Shown here piece after piece: positions 1 to 9,375 of a DNA stretch of 64,000 bases. Source of the DNA: Ostreococcus lucimarinus (lineage: Eukaryota); assembly GCA_000092065.1 (NCBI GenBank), contig CP000595.1; one strand, 5' to 3'. The position numbers and the translations under genes were made by a program. The notes beneath the pieces are model-generated. The model did not search any database, was not told the origin of the DNA, and saw only the letters and a list, made by a program, of their open reading frames with translations. Every line of letters begins with the position of its first letter. Within the stretch, counting starts at the first letter, position 1.

Positions 1-28
1 CGCACAAGATGGCGAAACCGCGACGACG

Positions 29-763
29 ATGCGGACGACCGAAGGCGCGCGGCACCGCGTCATCTTCTTCGACTGCGACGATTGCCTGTACAAGAACGAT
101 TGGCGCACGGCCAACGTGCTGACGGCGAAGATTGAGTCGTACACGACGCAGAGGTTGGGTCTGCGAGACGGCGACGCGTACGCGCTGTACAAAAAATACG
201 GCACGTGCCTAAAGGGATTGATGGAGGAGAAGTACCTGGACACGCAGGAACACTTGGATGAATTTTTACACTACGCGCACGATATACCGTTGGATATTGA
301 GCGAGACGAGAAGCTTCGAGCGATGCTGCTGAAGATTAAGACGCCAAAGTGGGTATTTACGGCGTCCGTCGCGGCGCACGCGCGGCGGTGTTTAGAGAAG
401 TTAGGAATCGATGATTTATTCGAAGGAATCATAGACGTTCGCGCGGTGGGGTGGGAAACGAAACATTCGCCTCGAGCGTACGAAGCGGCGATGCGAATCG
501 CGGGCGTGGACGACCCGTCCGATTGTCTGTTTTTGGACGATAGCGTGAGCAATATGCGCACCGCGCGCGAGGTCGGATGGACGAACGTGCTGGTCGGTAC
601 GCACGCTCGAGATGGAGGAGAGCTCATCACGTGCGATCATGCCGATCACATCATCGCCACCGTGCACGAGTTCGAGGCGCTCATGCCAGAACACTTTGAC
701 GAAATCGAAGACGCGGCTCCGGGCAAGCGCGAAGAGGACGCCGTGCCTGGAGCGCCCAACTGA
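29..763 (+). CDS. HAD-superfamily hydrolase, SDT1-like pyrimidine 5'-nucleotidase (HAD-IA)
   Basis: The 244-aa ORF has HAD motif I FFDCDDCLY (DxDx[T/C]) near the N-terminus. Motif IV LFLDDSVSNM (F.DDS..N) is typical of the SDT1/pyrimidine 5'-nucleotidase subfamily. ATG at 29. Confidence 0.65.
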   Translation: MRTTEGARHRVIFFDCDDCLYKNDWRTANVLTAKIESYTTQRLGLRDGDAYALYKKYGTCLKGLMEEKYLDTQEHLDEFLHYAHDIPLDIERDEKLRAMLLKIKTPKWVFTASVAAHARRCLEKLGIDDLFEGIIDVRAVGWETKHSPRAYEAAMRIAGVDDPSDCLFLDDSVSNMRTAREVGWTNVLVGTHARDGGELITCDHADHIIATVHEFEALMPEHFDEIEDAAPGKREEDAVPGAPN

Positions 764-960
764 CGTCGCAGACGAACGAGCGACTGAATGAGTGAGCGAC
801 TTAACTTACTAAATATATTTGAATTGATAACAAGAAGCCATGGCGGTGCGCATGCCTTTCGCACCTCACTCAAGCGCGCGCCTTCCCAAAAGTCCGCGAG
901 CGCGACGCCGCCGCACTTCACCTCGCGCCCTCGAACGTGCCCCACGCGCGCGCCTCGACG

Positions 961-1578
961 ATGGATTGTTGCGCACGCGTCGACGCGCGCGTATCCGCGC
1001 GCGAGGCACCCTCGCACGCGCGAACGCGACGCCTTCGTCCTCGCCACCATTTTTCGGCAAGCTCGACTTTGACGCGTCGCACGCGCGCGCGCGTGGCGTT
1101 CGCGCGCGCATCGAGCGACGACGGCGTCGCGAGTGACGTCGTTGGAGTCGTCGTCGTCGATCACGGCTCGCGCCGCGCGGCGTCGAACGAGCAGCTCGAA
1201 CGGTTTGCGGCGCTGTACGCGACGGCGACGGGACGCGCCGTCGTCGAGCCGGCGCACATGGAGCTCGCACCACCGACGATCGCAGATGCGTTCGAGCGGT
1301 GCGTCGAACGAGGAGCGAACGTGGTCGTCGTGGCGCCTTTTTTTCTGTCGCCGGGACGACACTGGCAGGAGGACATACCGAGACTGGTGGACGAGGCGGC
1401 GGCGGCGCACCCTGGGGTGAAGTATTTAATCTCTGCACCGATAGGGTTGCATCCGCTTATGGCGGAGGTGATCGATTCGCGTTTGAGGCATTGTTTAGCG
1501 CACGTGAATGAAGGTGGACCAGAGTGTGATGTTTGTGCGGGGTCAAAGTTTGGGTGCGAGCTTCGGCGAACGAGTTAG
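961..1578 (+). CDS. Sirohydrochlorin ferrochelatase (SirB/CbiX-like), probably plastid-targeted
   Basis: CbiX/SirB core motifs VVVVDHGSRR and FFLSPGRHWQEDIP are present. The C-terminal Cys cluster CDVCAGSKFGC resembles the Fe-S tail of plant SirB. The track ORF begins at GTG (937); the first ATG (MDCCARV...) is at 961. The N-terminal roughly 60 aa is rich in R/A/S/T and transit-peptide-like. Confidence 0.6.
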   Translation: MDCCARVDARVSAREAPSHARTRRLRPRHHFSASSTLTRRTRARVAFARASSDDGVASDVVGVVVVDHGSRRAASNEQLERFAALYATATGRAVVEPAHMELAPPTIADAFERCVERGANVVVVAPFFLSPGRHWQEDIPRLVDEAAAAHPGVKYLISAPIGLHPLMAEVIDSRLRHCLAHVNEGGPECDVCAGSKFGCELRRTS

Positions 1579-1680
1579 CGAGAGCAGAAATAGCCGACGG
1601 CGTTTGTCGTTACATGTTCTTTCCTAGTAAGCGTAAGCGTAGCGCAGATGTACAAAAAAGATGCGAATTTATTTTTTTTT

Positions 1681-4600
1681 CTATTTTCTTGCCGCGTGGT
1701 ACAGCTCAATGTAATCCAACGCGGGTCTGTTCCATGAGAAATCGCACGACATGCAGTTTGCTTGCAAGGCGTGGAATTTTTCTATGTCGTTGTAGAACAG
1801 ATCAATGGCACGGTTCAACGCGTAGTCAATATCGTGCGCTTCTGTACCGTCGAACTGAAATCCATTCGGTGTCATTCCTTCCCATTCAGCCTTGGCGTGA
1901 TCGTGATCGTAATCAAATACAGTGTCCGCGAGACCGCCCGTACGACGAACGACGGGAACGGTGCCATATCGCATCGCAATGAGCTGAGATAAACCACACG
2001 GTTCGAACATCGACGGCACGAGAATCATATCGGAACCAGCGTAGATCAGGTGCGATAACGGTTCGTCAAAGTACAAGTGCAAGGCGGCATCGTTGAAATG
2101 GTTCTGTTTCAAAGCATTCGCCATGTCTTCAAACTCGCGCTGCACGTTCGGATCCGGGGCGCTTCCGAGCAGCACGACCTGACAACCTCGCTCGAGCGCT
2201 TTGAAAATGGCGTGCTTGATCAGATGAATTCCTTTTTGATGCGTAAGACGCGTTACGACGCCGATGAGCGGTACGTCGCTCTTGTTTGAAATGTTACTCC
2301 TCGAGCACAAAGCTGCGCGACAAGCCGCCTTGCCTTCAGCAACTGTGTCTATCTCATATGATACCGGTAAGCACTTGTCATTCGCTGGATCCCAGATATC
2401 GGGATCGATCCCGTTCACCACGCCGTGGAATTTTTGGAGTTGATGAGAGATGGAGTCGTGACCTGAAATCTCTTGCGCGTACGATCTCGACACCGTTGTC
2501 CCAATTTGACTGTAATCCATCGCCTCGCGGATCAAGCTTTGACCAAAGTCGAGGTTGTGAATGGTGAACACCACTCGAGGGTTACCTAAGCCATAGTTGT
2601 GATAGTCTTCCCAGTACACCTTGGCCACGGGTGCGGTTTGCCAATCGTGACAGTGAATGATGTCGGGCTGTCGACCGCTTTGCAACATCCATTCCAAAGC
2701 TGCTCGACTAAAGTATCCAAATCTCTCGGCATCCGTCAAAGGAATCTCCAAGTAGTCGGTACCGTAAATCATGCCAACCTTGAACATACCATTGTCTGGA
2801 TCGATGAAGTAAGTCTTCACTCCCTCTACGGTACCGCTGAAAACGTGGTTGTAACAGCCACCCCACTGAAAGCCTTCCTCCTCCTTCAAGTCTTCGATGA
2901 GATCGTACTTGAGGACGTCGTATTTCGGAAGAACGACTTCAACTTTGTGCCCTTCCGCTTGAACAGCCAATCCGAGTGATGTGACAACATCACCAAGGCC
3001 ACCAACCTTGGCGATTGGAGCCATTTCGACGCTCACGCTCACGACGTGAAGCGGCTTCTCCACCACGGCGACACCTTTTTCATCCTTGCCTCCGATCACG
3101 GGAATGTGATAGTCCATGTTGTTACGGTTATCGTAGTGAGCTCCTTCGTGGTTTCCGTTGGAGAACACGAAATCCATCATGTACGCGTCGGTAGGGATGT
3201 TCAACTCAACTTCCATGCGCTTTTCGCCCTTGACAAGAACCTCAGTCATGGGGAGTTTGAAAGTCTTTTCGTGCGACCATCTGTTCCAACTCCCCACGAT
3301 AAACACGCGCTCAGACCCTTTGAGCGACGTGTTATTGGGATTATAGAACAGCTTCATGATTTTGCCTGCCTCCAACTGACCCGGCTCTGTGAAAAGTACA
3401 TGCTCTTGCTGCTTGAGCGTCACCGCTTGCGCCTTCGCCTTTGCCTCCGCTTTCGCCTTATCTCGCTTGTCCTTCTTGATCTTATCAGCCTTCTCTTTTG
3501 CGTGTCGAGCAGTCGTAATTTCTTGAAATCGTTGCAAAACTGAACTCATTCGCGCAATCTCGAGTTTTTGCGAAGCGTTGCGAACCGGAGCGTGGAAATC
3601 TGCGCGGTCGGCGTTGTCGTAAATGGCACCGCCGTCGCTAAAGACAAAATCCATCACAGCGGCAGTTGCAGGCACATCGACCGTCGCGATGAATGTATCA
3701 TCAGCGCCAGTAGACTTTTCCATTCGCACTTGCTCGGCACCGGTCCAGTCATTCGAGCCGTAGTGCATAACAATGGTATTTTGGCCGTGAAGAACTCTGT
3801 TGGTGGGGCAATAGCGCACCGTGACGGGCATACCGACGACTGGTACCGCAGGTTCAAGACTCCAGAGGTTGGCATCGCTCGGTGTCGAGCCGTCCAAGTG
3901 TCGCGAAATCCCAGAAAACTTGGCTGATACTTCATTCGTGGCGATTTCCCAGTCCTTCGCGGCCATCGGGATCGCCGCCGCAAGTTCCTTCGCCTCGTCA
4001 TACGCGACTTGCAGCTCAGCGGATAATTCCTGTTCCATACGGAGCTCTTCATCGAGTTCGATAGTGGAGACCGTGTTCTTTTGACTTTTGGCCAGTTCTT
4101 CGGCCGCGAGGGCTTGAAGCTTGGCTTCGGCAAGAGCAGCAGCCTTGACCTTGGCTTCGGCCTCTGCCACGGCCTTTGCCTTAGCCTCCATCTCAGCAGC
4201 GGCGGCAGCTTCAGCTTCGGCTTGAGCGGCGGCAGCTTCAGCTTGAGCTTCGGCTTGAGCGGCAGCAGCTTCGGCTTTGGCTTGAGCGGCGGCAGCTTCA
4301 GCTTGAGCTTCGGCTTGAGCGGCAGCAGCTTGAGCTTCGGCTTCGGCTTGAGCGGTTGCGGCTTGAGCTTCGGCTTCGGCTTGAGCGGCGGCAGCTTGAG
4401 CTTCGGCTTCGGCTTGAGCGGCAGCAGCTTGAGCTTCGGCTTCGGCTTGAGCGGCGGCAGCTTGAGCTTCGGCTTCGGCTTGAGCGGCGGCAGCTTGAGC
4501 TTCGGCTTCGGCTTGAGCGGCGGCAGCTTGAGCTTCGGCTTCGGCTTGAGCGGTTGCGGCTTGAGCGGCGGCTTCTGTGTTGACGGCGACGTCGATGATA

Positions 4601-5922
4601 TCTTCATCAGTTTCTTCAACTTGCACGGTTCCCATTTCGCTAGTCTTTGTCGTAGACTTGCTCAATAAGAAGGCTTTCTCAGCTTTCTCTGCCGCTCGAA
4701 GTCTAGCTTCCAATACTTCGCGTTCTTGTCGCAACTTTTTCTCTTGCATGAGAAGCTCTTTGAGAGCGGCGCTCGCTTCATCTTTTCCGCTCGTCGCGCG
4801 CTCTTCAACTTCAGTAAACTCAACGGGAGCGGGTGGCGTCTCCACAACTTCGGAGACGACGGGCTCGCATGCTGGCTTCTGCGGATCTCGTGCCTTCGCT
4901 CTCGCCTCTGCATCTGCTCTTATCTTTGCCATCTTGGCATCCACCTGCGCTCTCACTCTGGCTCGCGTGTCTGCTTTCAACTTCTCCAACGCCGCGGCTT
5001 TCTCCTCTGGTGTTTTGGCGACAAATTTCGGCGCAGTTTTCTTTGCTTTTGCGTCTTCTTTTGCCTTGGCTTCCGCGAGACGCCGCTCCTCTTCGGCGGC
5101 CTCAGCCTTGGCGGCTCTTTTAGCTTCCATCGCCGCGCGAGCTTCGCTTTCAGCCTCGGCGGCGGCGCGCGCCTCGAGCTCTCGTTGCTCAATCGCCTTT
5201 CGAGCCGCAGCCTTCTCTCGCTTCTCCCTCAACTGTCTGTTCTCCTCCTCGAGCGCTCGAAACGCCATCAAAGACTGCCGCTCCGCCTCCAGTCGCCGCA
5301 ATTCCCGCTCCATCTCAGCCTCCTCGTCGCCCTCCGCCGCGCTCGCGCTCGGCGCCATGACCACCTCCATCTTCTTCGGCACCACCCCCTGCACCCCCCC
5401 GAACGCCTCTCGCGCCCGTATCTCGCTCTTCAGCGCCGTTATCTCCCCCCGCAGCGCGCGCACGTCCGCCGCTCTCGGCGCCCCCCCGTCCTCGCTCGGC
5501 GCCAGCATCGCTCGCAGCGTCGTCTCCAGCCCCTCCAACCGCGTTCGCAGTTCCTCCGTCGCGCTCCCTCGCGCGTCGTCCGTCACCGCGCGCGTCATCG
5601 CCCGCTCCCGTCGCCCGTCGTCGCGTCGTCGCGTCCCCGTCGTCGCGCCTTTTCGCATCCATCGCGTTTCCGTCGCGTTCGCGCGCGTTCGCCCCCTCGC
5701 GCGCGCCGTCGCGACGGCGTCCGCGCGCGTCGCGATCGCCGCGCCGAGCGCCATCGCGTCGAGCGTCGCGCGTCGCGCCTTCGCGCGTCGTGCGTCGCGC
5801 GCGTCGGCGTCGCGCGCGTCTCGTCTCGCCCGGGTGTGTGGTGTGGATAACGCGGCGTCGCGCGATCGCGCGGCGTCACTATACATGGGCGTTCGTACGG
5901 CGAATCGGGCGTATAGTAACAT
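1681..5922 (-). CDS. Starch synthase III-like: N-terminal coiled coil with Ala/Gln/Glu repeats, two CBM53 starch-binding modules, GT5 catalytic domain
   Basis: The C-terminal half has the GT5 glycogen/starch synthase signature KVGGLGDVVTSLG...VVLPKYD plus a GT1-type C-domain. Two CBM53 modules show the SWNRW / GSNDWTG signatures. The N-terminal roughly 650 aa is heptad-rich (EAE/KAK). The start is uncertain: the 5922 ATG lies inside a duplicated 61-bp repeat, and in-frame alternatives are 5886 (MYSDAARS) and 5754 (MALGAAIATRAD), per the start finding at 5880-6011. Confidence 0.8.
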   Translation of the reverse strand: MLLYARFAVRTPMYSDAARSRDAALSTPHTRARRDARDADARDARRAKARRATLDAMALGAAIATRADAVATARARGRTRANATETRWMRKGATTGTRRRDDGRRERAMTRAVTDDARGSATEELRTRLEGLETTLRAMLAPSEDGGAPRAADVRALRGEITALKSEIRAREAFGGVQGVVPKKMEVVMAPSASAAEGDEEAEMERELRRLEAERQSLMAFRALEEENRQLREKREKAAARKAIEQRELEARAAAEAESEARAAMEAKRAAKAEAAEEERRLAEAKAKEDAKAKKTAPKFVAKTPEEKAAALEKLKADTRARVRAQVDAKMAKIRADAEARAKARDPQKPACEPVVSEVVETPPAPVEFTEVEERATSGKDEASAALKELLMQEKKLRQEREVLEARLRAAEKAEKAFLLSKSTTKTSEMGTVQVEETDEDIIDVAVNTEAAAQAATAQAEAEAQAAAAQAEAEAQAAAAQAEAEAQAAAAQAEAEAQAAAAQAEAEAQAAAAQAEAEAQAATAQAEAEAQAAAAQAEAQAEAAAAQAKAEAAAAQAEAQAEAAAAQAEAEAAAAAEMEAKAKAVAEAEAKVKAAALAEAKLQALAAEELAKSQKNTVSTIELDEELRMEQELSAELQVAYDEAKELAAAIPMAAKDWEIATNEVSAKFSGISRHLDGSTPSDANLWSLEPAVPVVGMPVTVRYCPTNRVLHGQNTIVMHYGSNDWTGAEQVRMEKSTGADDTFIATVDVPATAAVMDFVFSDGGAIYDNADRADFHAPVRNASQKLEIARMSSVLQRFQEITTARHAKEKADKIKKDKRDKAKAEAKAKAQAVTLKQQEHVLFTEPGQLEAGKIMKLFYNPNNTSLKGSERVFIVGSWNRWSHEKTFKLPMTEVLVKGEKRMEVELNIPTDAYMMDFVFSNGNHEGAHYDNRNNMDYHIPVIGGKDEKGVAVVEKPLHVVSVSVEMAPIAKVGGLGDVVTSLGLAVQAEGHKVEVVLPKYDVLKYDLIEDLKEEEGFQWGGCYNHVFSGTVEGVKTYFIDPDNGMFKVGMIYGTDYLEIPLTDAERFGYFSRAALEWMLQSGRQPDIIHCHDWQTAPVAKVYWEDYHNYGLGNPRVVFTIHNLDFGQSLIREAMDYSQIGTTVSRSYAQEISGHDSISHQLQKFHGVVNGIDPDIWDPANDKCLPVSYEIDTVAEGKAACRAALCSRSNISNKSDVPLIGVVTRLTHQKGIHLIKHAIFKALERGCQVVLLGSAPDPNVQREFEDMANALKQNHFNDAALHLYFDEPLSHLIYAGSDMILVPSMFEPCGLSQLIAMRYGTVPVVRRTGGLADTVFDYDHDHAKAEWEGMTPNGFQFDGTEAHDIDYALNRAIDLFYNDIEKFHALQANCMSCDFSWNRPALDYIELYHAARK
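4195..4575. repeat. Coding tandem repeat, period 33 bp (about 9-10 copies), encoding AQAEAEAQAAA units in the SSIII N-terminal region
   Basis: Near-perfect repeats of gcttgagcggcggcagcttgagcttcggcttcggc are visible on the + strand. The minus-frame translation is AQAEAEAQAAAAQAEAEAQAAAA... Confidence 0.85.
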
Positions 5923-6011
5923 AGCGCCGCGTCGCGCGTCGTGTCGTCAGTATACATGGGCGTTCGTACGGCGAATCGGGCGTATAGTAACATAGCGCCG
6001 CGTCGCGCGTC
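5880..6011. repeat. Two identical copies of a 61-bp direct repeat separated by 10 bp, in the divergent SSIII/SET promoter
   Basis: tatacatgggcgttcgtacggcgaatcgggcgtatagtaacatagcgccgcgtcgcgcgtc occurs at 5880-5940 and again at 5951-6011. Each copy carries an ATG on both strands (catgg / ccatg). Confidence 0.9.
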
Positions 6012-7452
6012 ACATCGCGCGATGGCGCGCGCGTCGCGCGCGGAGCTCGCGCGGCGCGCGGTCGCGATCGCCGTCGCGGTCGCGGGCGTCGCGCTCGCGG
6101 CGACGCGCGCGAGCGACGACGCGCGCGCGACGGCGACGGCGACGGCGATCGCGACGCCGACGGCGCTCGACGCGCGATTTCTGCGATGGATGGACGCGCG
6201 CGCGCTCGCGGCGACGGACGACGCGCGAGCGCGCGGGATGGTCGTCGCGCGCGTCGAGGATTGGGAAGACGAACGCGCGGTGGGCGCGAGGCGAACGCGC
6301 GGGGCGTTTGGCGCGCGGGGAGGGAAAGGGGAGGTGGAGACGAGGATCGCGCGGGACGCGGCGCTCGAGCGCGGGGCGACGACGGCGGGCGCGGGGAAGG
6401 ATGAGTGGGCGCTGGCGATCGAATTGATGCGAGAGCGAGCGAAGGGAGGGGTGAGCGCGTACGCGCCGTTCGTGGAGTCGCTGTACGAACACACGCCGGC
6501 GAGGGCGGTGGAGACGTCGAGAGCGGCGCGCGCGCGGTTGGAGGGACACGCGGCGGCGGAGACGATGAGAGAGTACGAACGAGACGCGGAGGATGGATGG
6601 CGAGCGGCGCGAAGGACGTTTGAGACGTTTCCATCGATTTTTTCCGTTCATGAATTCACGCGCGCGGCGTTCGAGGAGGCGTTGGCGATCGTTCGCGCGA
6701 ACTCTTTCGAGGCGAGGAGCGAAGACGGGACGCGCGCGCGCGCGCTCGTGCCGATGGCGCATTTGCTTTTGCACGACACCGGGAGCGAGGTTCCGTGCGT
6801 GAAGATCGTAGACGGTGTGTTCGTCATAAACGTTGACGAGCACGAAGAGGGAGACGAGTTGTCGTGCAGTCACGGTGATTATTCCGACGCCGAGACGTTT
6901 GCACGATTCGGCGTGAGCGCGTTTTATTCAGCCGAGAAGAACGCGAGAAATAAGATAAAGTTTGCGTTTCCGAGCGAAATTTATTCCATGAAAAGCTTAG
7001 ATCGATGTGGATCCGTCGAAAATATCGCATTCACGGACGCGGGTGCGACGGAAGAGTTTATGTGCGCCTTGAGACTCGCCTCGGCGAATGAAACCGAATG
7101 GGCCGCAATCTCAAAGTCTAAAGCCAGCGTTCGAGCGCTTCGTAAGAAACCGCTGAGTGAGGAGAGCGAGATAGCGGTTTACGAAGCATTATTTGCCACG
7201 CTCACCGAGTTACTGAACTCCTACCCATCGAGCGATAACGAAGACGAGCGATTATTACAAAGTCGGACGCTGCAGTCGGCGCCCGACGAGGAGCGCGCGG
7301 TGACGATTCGTCTTCGAGAGAAACGTCTCGCGCTGAGTAGTTTGAATGCTGTCCAATACGCCGGTCGTCAACAACTCGGCGGTTTGTTGTTCGACAAGCA
7401 TTTTGCCGACGTGTTACCGTCTCCTGTCAACGTGCGGCAGACAAACGGATGA
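5956..7452 (+). CDS. SET-domain protein, Rubisco LSMT / SETD3-like lysine methyltransferase family
   Basis: A SET-like core is present: WALAIELMRER..SAYAPFVESL and ...ALVPMAHLLLHDTGSEV (NH/LH motif), followed by an Rubisco-LSMT-like C-terminal region. The track ORF begins at GTG (5941). In-frame ATGs are at 5956 (inside the repeat) and 6022 (MARASRAELARRAVAIAVAVAGVALAA, signal/TM-like). The start is unresolved. Confidence 0.5.
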   Translation: MGVRTANRAYSNIAPRRASHRAMARASRAELARRAVAIAVAVAGVALAATRASDDARATATATAIATPTALDARFLRWMDARALAATDDARARGMVVARVEDWEDERAVGARRTRGAFGARGGKGEVETRIARDAALERGATTAGAGKDEWALAIELMRERAKGGVSAYAPFVESLYEHTPARAVETSRAARARLEGHAAAETMREYERDAEDGWRAARRTFETFPSIFSVHEFTRAAFEEALAIVRANSFEARSEDGTRARALVPMAHLLLHDTGSEVPCVKIVDGVFVINVDEHEEGDELSCSHGDYSDAETFARFGVSAFYSAEKNARNKIKFAFPSEIYSMKSLDRCGSVENIAFTDAGATEEFMCALRLASANETEWAAISKSKASVRALRKKPLSEESEIAVYEALFATLTELLNSYPSSDNEDERLLQSRTLQSAPDEERAVTIRLREKRLALSSLNAVQYAGRQQLGGLLFDKHFADVLPSPVNVRQTNG

Positions 7453-7515
7453 CGCGTGATCGAGTTGTGTTTGTAGCATAAAGATTGTATTGAAAGAATA
7501 TTTTTACTGTACAGC

Positions 7516-9174
7516 TTAATCGACATACTCAGGTACTGAGTTTAGGACTTCATCGAGCTCGGTTCTAAACTCTTCCTTGGCTCTGTTCGTTTTACCGCCG
7601 ACGACGATGGCGGTTTCCTCCTGAATGGCCCATATTTGCGAATGCGAGAGCAAGCTGAGGAACGACGTCACCATCAGCCCGGCGAACCCAGCGTATACGA
7701 GTGGAACCCCTGGATCAGTTTTCAACTCCAAGCCCGTACTTCCCTTCACGTCACCGAGCATGAGCTTGATTCCATCGACGACGATCGGTTTCTTGCTTTC
7801 AGGACGGCGGACGCCCGCAAACGCGCCCTTGCTGTCGTAAATCGCCACGCTTTGGAAATCCCGAGCGACGAGAGAAATGCCTCGCCGCTGGTCATCGTCG
7901 AAACTTAATGGTAAAAACGTGCCCCATATTCGGCCCTGAAACCCTCCTTTGCCTTCTAAAGACGCCATAGGAAGGACGTATGTGTTTTCAGTTTCTGTCT
8001 CGCCATCTGCGCCGGGCTTTGCGACAGTGACTTGCATGGATGAAAGCGCCCAATCCGTTTGATACATCGTCACCCCGCCCGCTCTCAATGGAACATTCAC
8101 TGATATCGTCTTTCTAGACATTTCTTTACCGTTGGGATCGACCACGCTCAGATCGGAATAAAATTGCGACACCTGCCCGTTCGGAAGGTAGTCAATCGTG
8201 AAATCGTTCACCTGAACGCTCGATTTCGCGATGCCAGGCATGGATGACAGCAGCGAACCGCGTGTCAAACCGGAGGCGATTTCAAATGAAGATCCATCTG
8301 GGACCATCACCGATCCACTCAGTCCTCCAAGACCGCTGTACGCCGCTCCGCCGAGGGTGAACAACAACGCCGCGTGCACGCCGATGGGCGCTAGTCGCCC
8401 TATCAATCCCTTGAACGCATACATTTTCTTCCCTTTGATGAAGACTTGATACCCGCGATCGGCTAATAAATCGCTGAAATCGCTCAGTCTGGCTCGAGGA
8501 ACAGATTCTGCCTCTTCCATGGCGAGCAAAGTCGCGCGTCTATCCAAAAATTTCCATTTGGCTGAAACTTTCCAAACGGGCCACTGCCTCGTCACCGTGC
8601 ACGCCGTCAACGACGCCCCTAAGAGGCCTAATAATCCTAAAAAGTACCACGTCGTGTAAATGTGATCCAATCCAAGGTCGAGAATCAAAGGAAAGTCTAT
8701 GAAACCAAGGCTCTTATTCTCCGTGGGATAGTTTTCGACGTACCACGCAAACGACTTGTTCTGTTCAATCACCGTCCCGAGCGCAGAGAATCCCGCGATG
8801 ACGAGCAATTCTCCTATCGCGAGTGGCAACGACGAGAGTGATTTCAGCGTCTTTTTCCCCATCGACGGCAGCTCGCGCTCGAACAGCCATTTCGAGAACG
8901 CCGCGTCGTCGCCGTCGCCGTCGCCGTCGCCGCGTCCCGGTCCGGGCGACGGCGCTCCCTTCGCCGCTCGCTCCGTCGTTTCCGGCCTTCGCGCGTTCGC
9001 GAGCGTTCGCGCACCGCGTCTCCGATCGACCGCTCGTCCGCGGACCGCGGCGCGGCGCGCGGGCGCGCGGTGCGCGGCGTTGAGCGGCGGCGACGCGAGT
9101 GCGCGACGACGCGCGCGCGCGGCGACGGCGACGACGACGGACGACGACGACGCGGGCGACGCGTACGCGCGCAT
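7516..9174 (-). CDS. CCS1: Cytochrome c biogenesis protein CCS1 (ResB-like), plastid system II
   Basis: ResB/CCS1 architecture: an N-terminal TM pair (LAIGELLVIAGFSALG; TTWYFLGLLGLLGASL), a large lumenal domain and a C-terminal TM (GVPLVYAGFAGLMVTSFLSLL). The N-terminal roughly 100 aa is Arg/Ala-rich transit peptide. The track start 9180 is GTG; the ATG is at 9174. Confidence 0.7.
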   Translation of the reverse strand: MRAYASPASSSSVVVAVAARARRRALASPPLNAAHRAPARRAAVRGRAVDRRRGARTLANARRPETTERAAKGAPSPGPGRGDGDGDGDDAAFSKWLFERELPSMGKKTLKSLSSLPLAIGELLVIAGFSALGTVIEQNKSFAWYVENYPTENKSLGFIDFPLILDLGLDHIYTTWYFLGLLGLLGASLTACTVTRQWPVWKVSAKWKFLDRRATLLAMEEAESVPRARLSDFSDLLADRGYQVFIKGKKMYAFKGLIGRLAPIGVHAALLFTLGGAAYSGLGGLSGSVMVPDGSSFEIASGLTRGSLLSSMPGIAKSSVQVNDFTIDYLPNGQVSQFYSDLSVVDPNGKEMSRKTISVNVPLRAGGVTMYQTDWALSSMQVTVAKPGADGETETENTYVLPMASLEGKGGFQGRIWGTFLPLSFDDDQRRGISLVARDFQSVAIYDSKGAFAGVRRPESKKPIVVDGIKLMLGDVKGSTGLELKTDPGVPLVYAGFAGLMVTSFLSLLSHSQIWAIQEETAIVVGGKTNRAKEEFRTELDEVLNSVPEYVD

Positions 9175-9375
9175 GTTCACGACGTCGACGCCGAGGACGC
9201 TCGAGCTCGCTCGCGGCGTCGCGCGTCGTCGTGTGCGCGTCGTCGCGCGTCGGTGTCCACAACCCTGGCGCGCGCGCCGAGGCGAAACGCGGGCGCCGGA
9301 ACGCGAATGAAAGAATGAGAAATGAATTCGATGAGGAGCGCGCTAGGAAACTATGCATCTTAATCTATCTAAAAT

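Noticed and set aside
646-1438. Long minus-strand ORFs (254 aa and 190 aa) antisense to the SirB gene, rich in Arg/Ala/Pro/Ser
   Set aside because: They have typical GC-rich composition (no AT-rich stop codons in any frame) and no motif. They overlap a well-supported gene on the other strand.
3654-5995. ORFs 3654-4619(-), 4081-4668(+), 4356-4583(+), 4577-5995(+) and 4726-5850(+) with PKPKLKL / GFGLSG / LELRLRLERRQ repeats
   Set aside because: They are alternative-frame and antisense readings of the SSIII 33-bp repeat and coiled-coil region. The periodic low-complexity peptides are produced by the nucleotide repeat, not independent genes.
5595-6873. Minus-strand ORFs 5595-6494, 5879-6634 and 6010-6873 overlapping the SET-domain gene
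   Set aside because: They are Arg/Pro/Ala-rich antisense artefacts. The first borrows the MLLYARFAVRTPMY start from the second copy of the 61-bp repeat.
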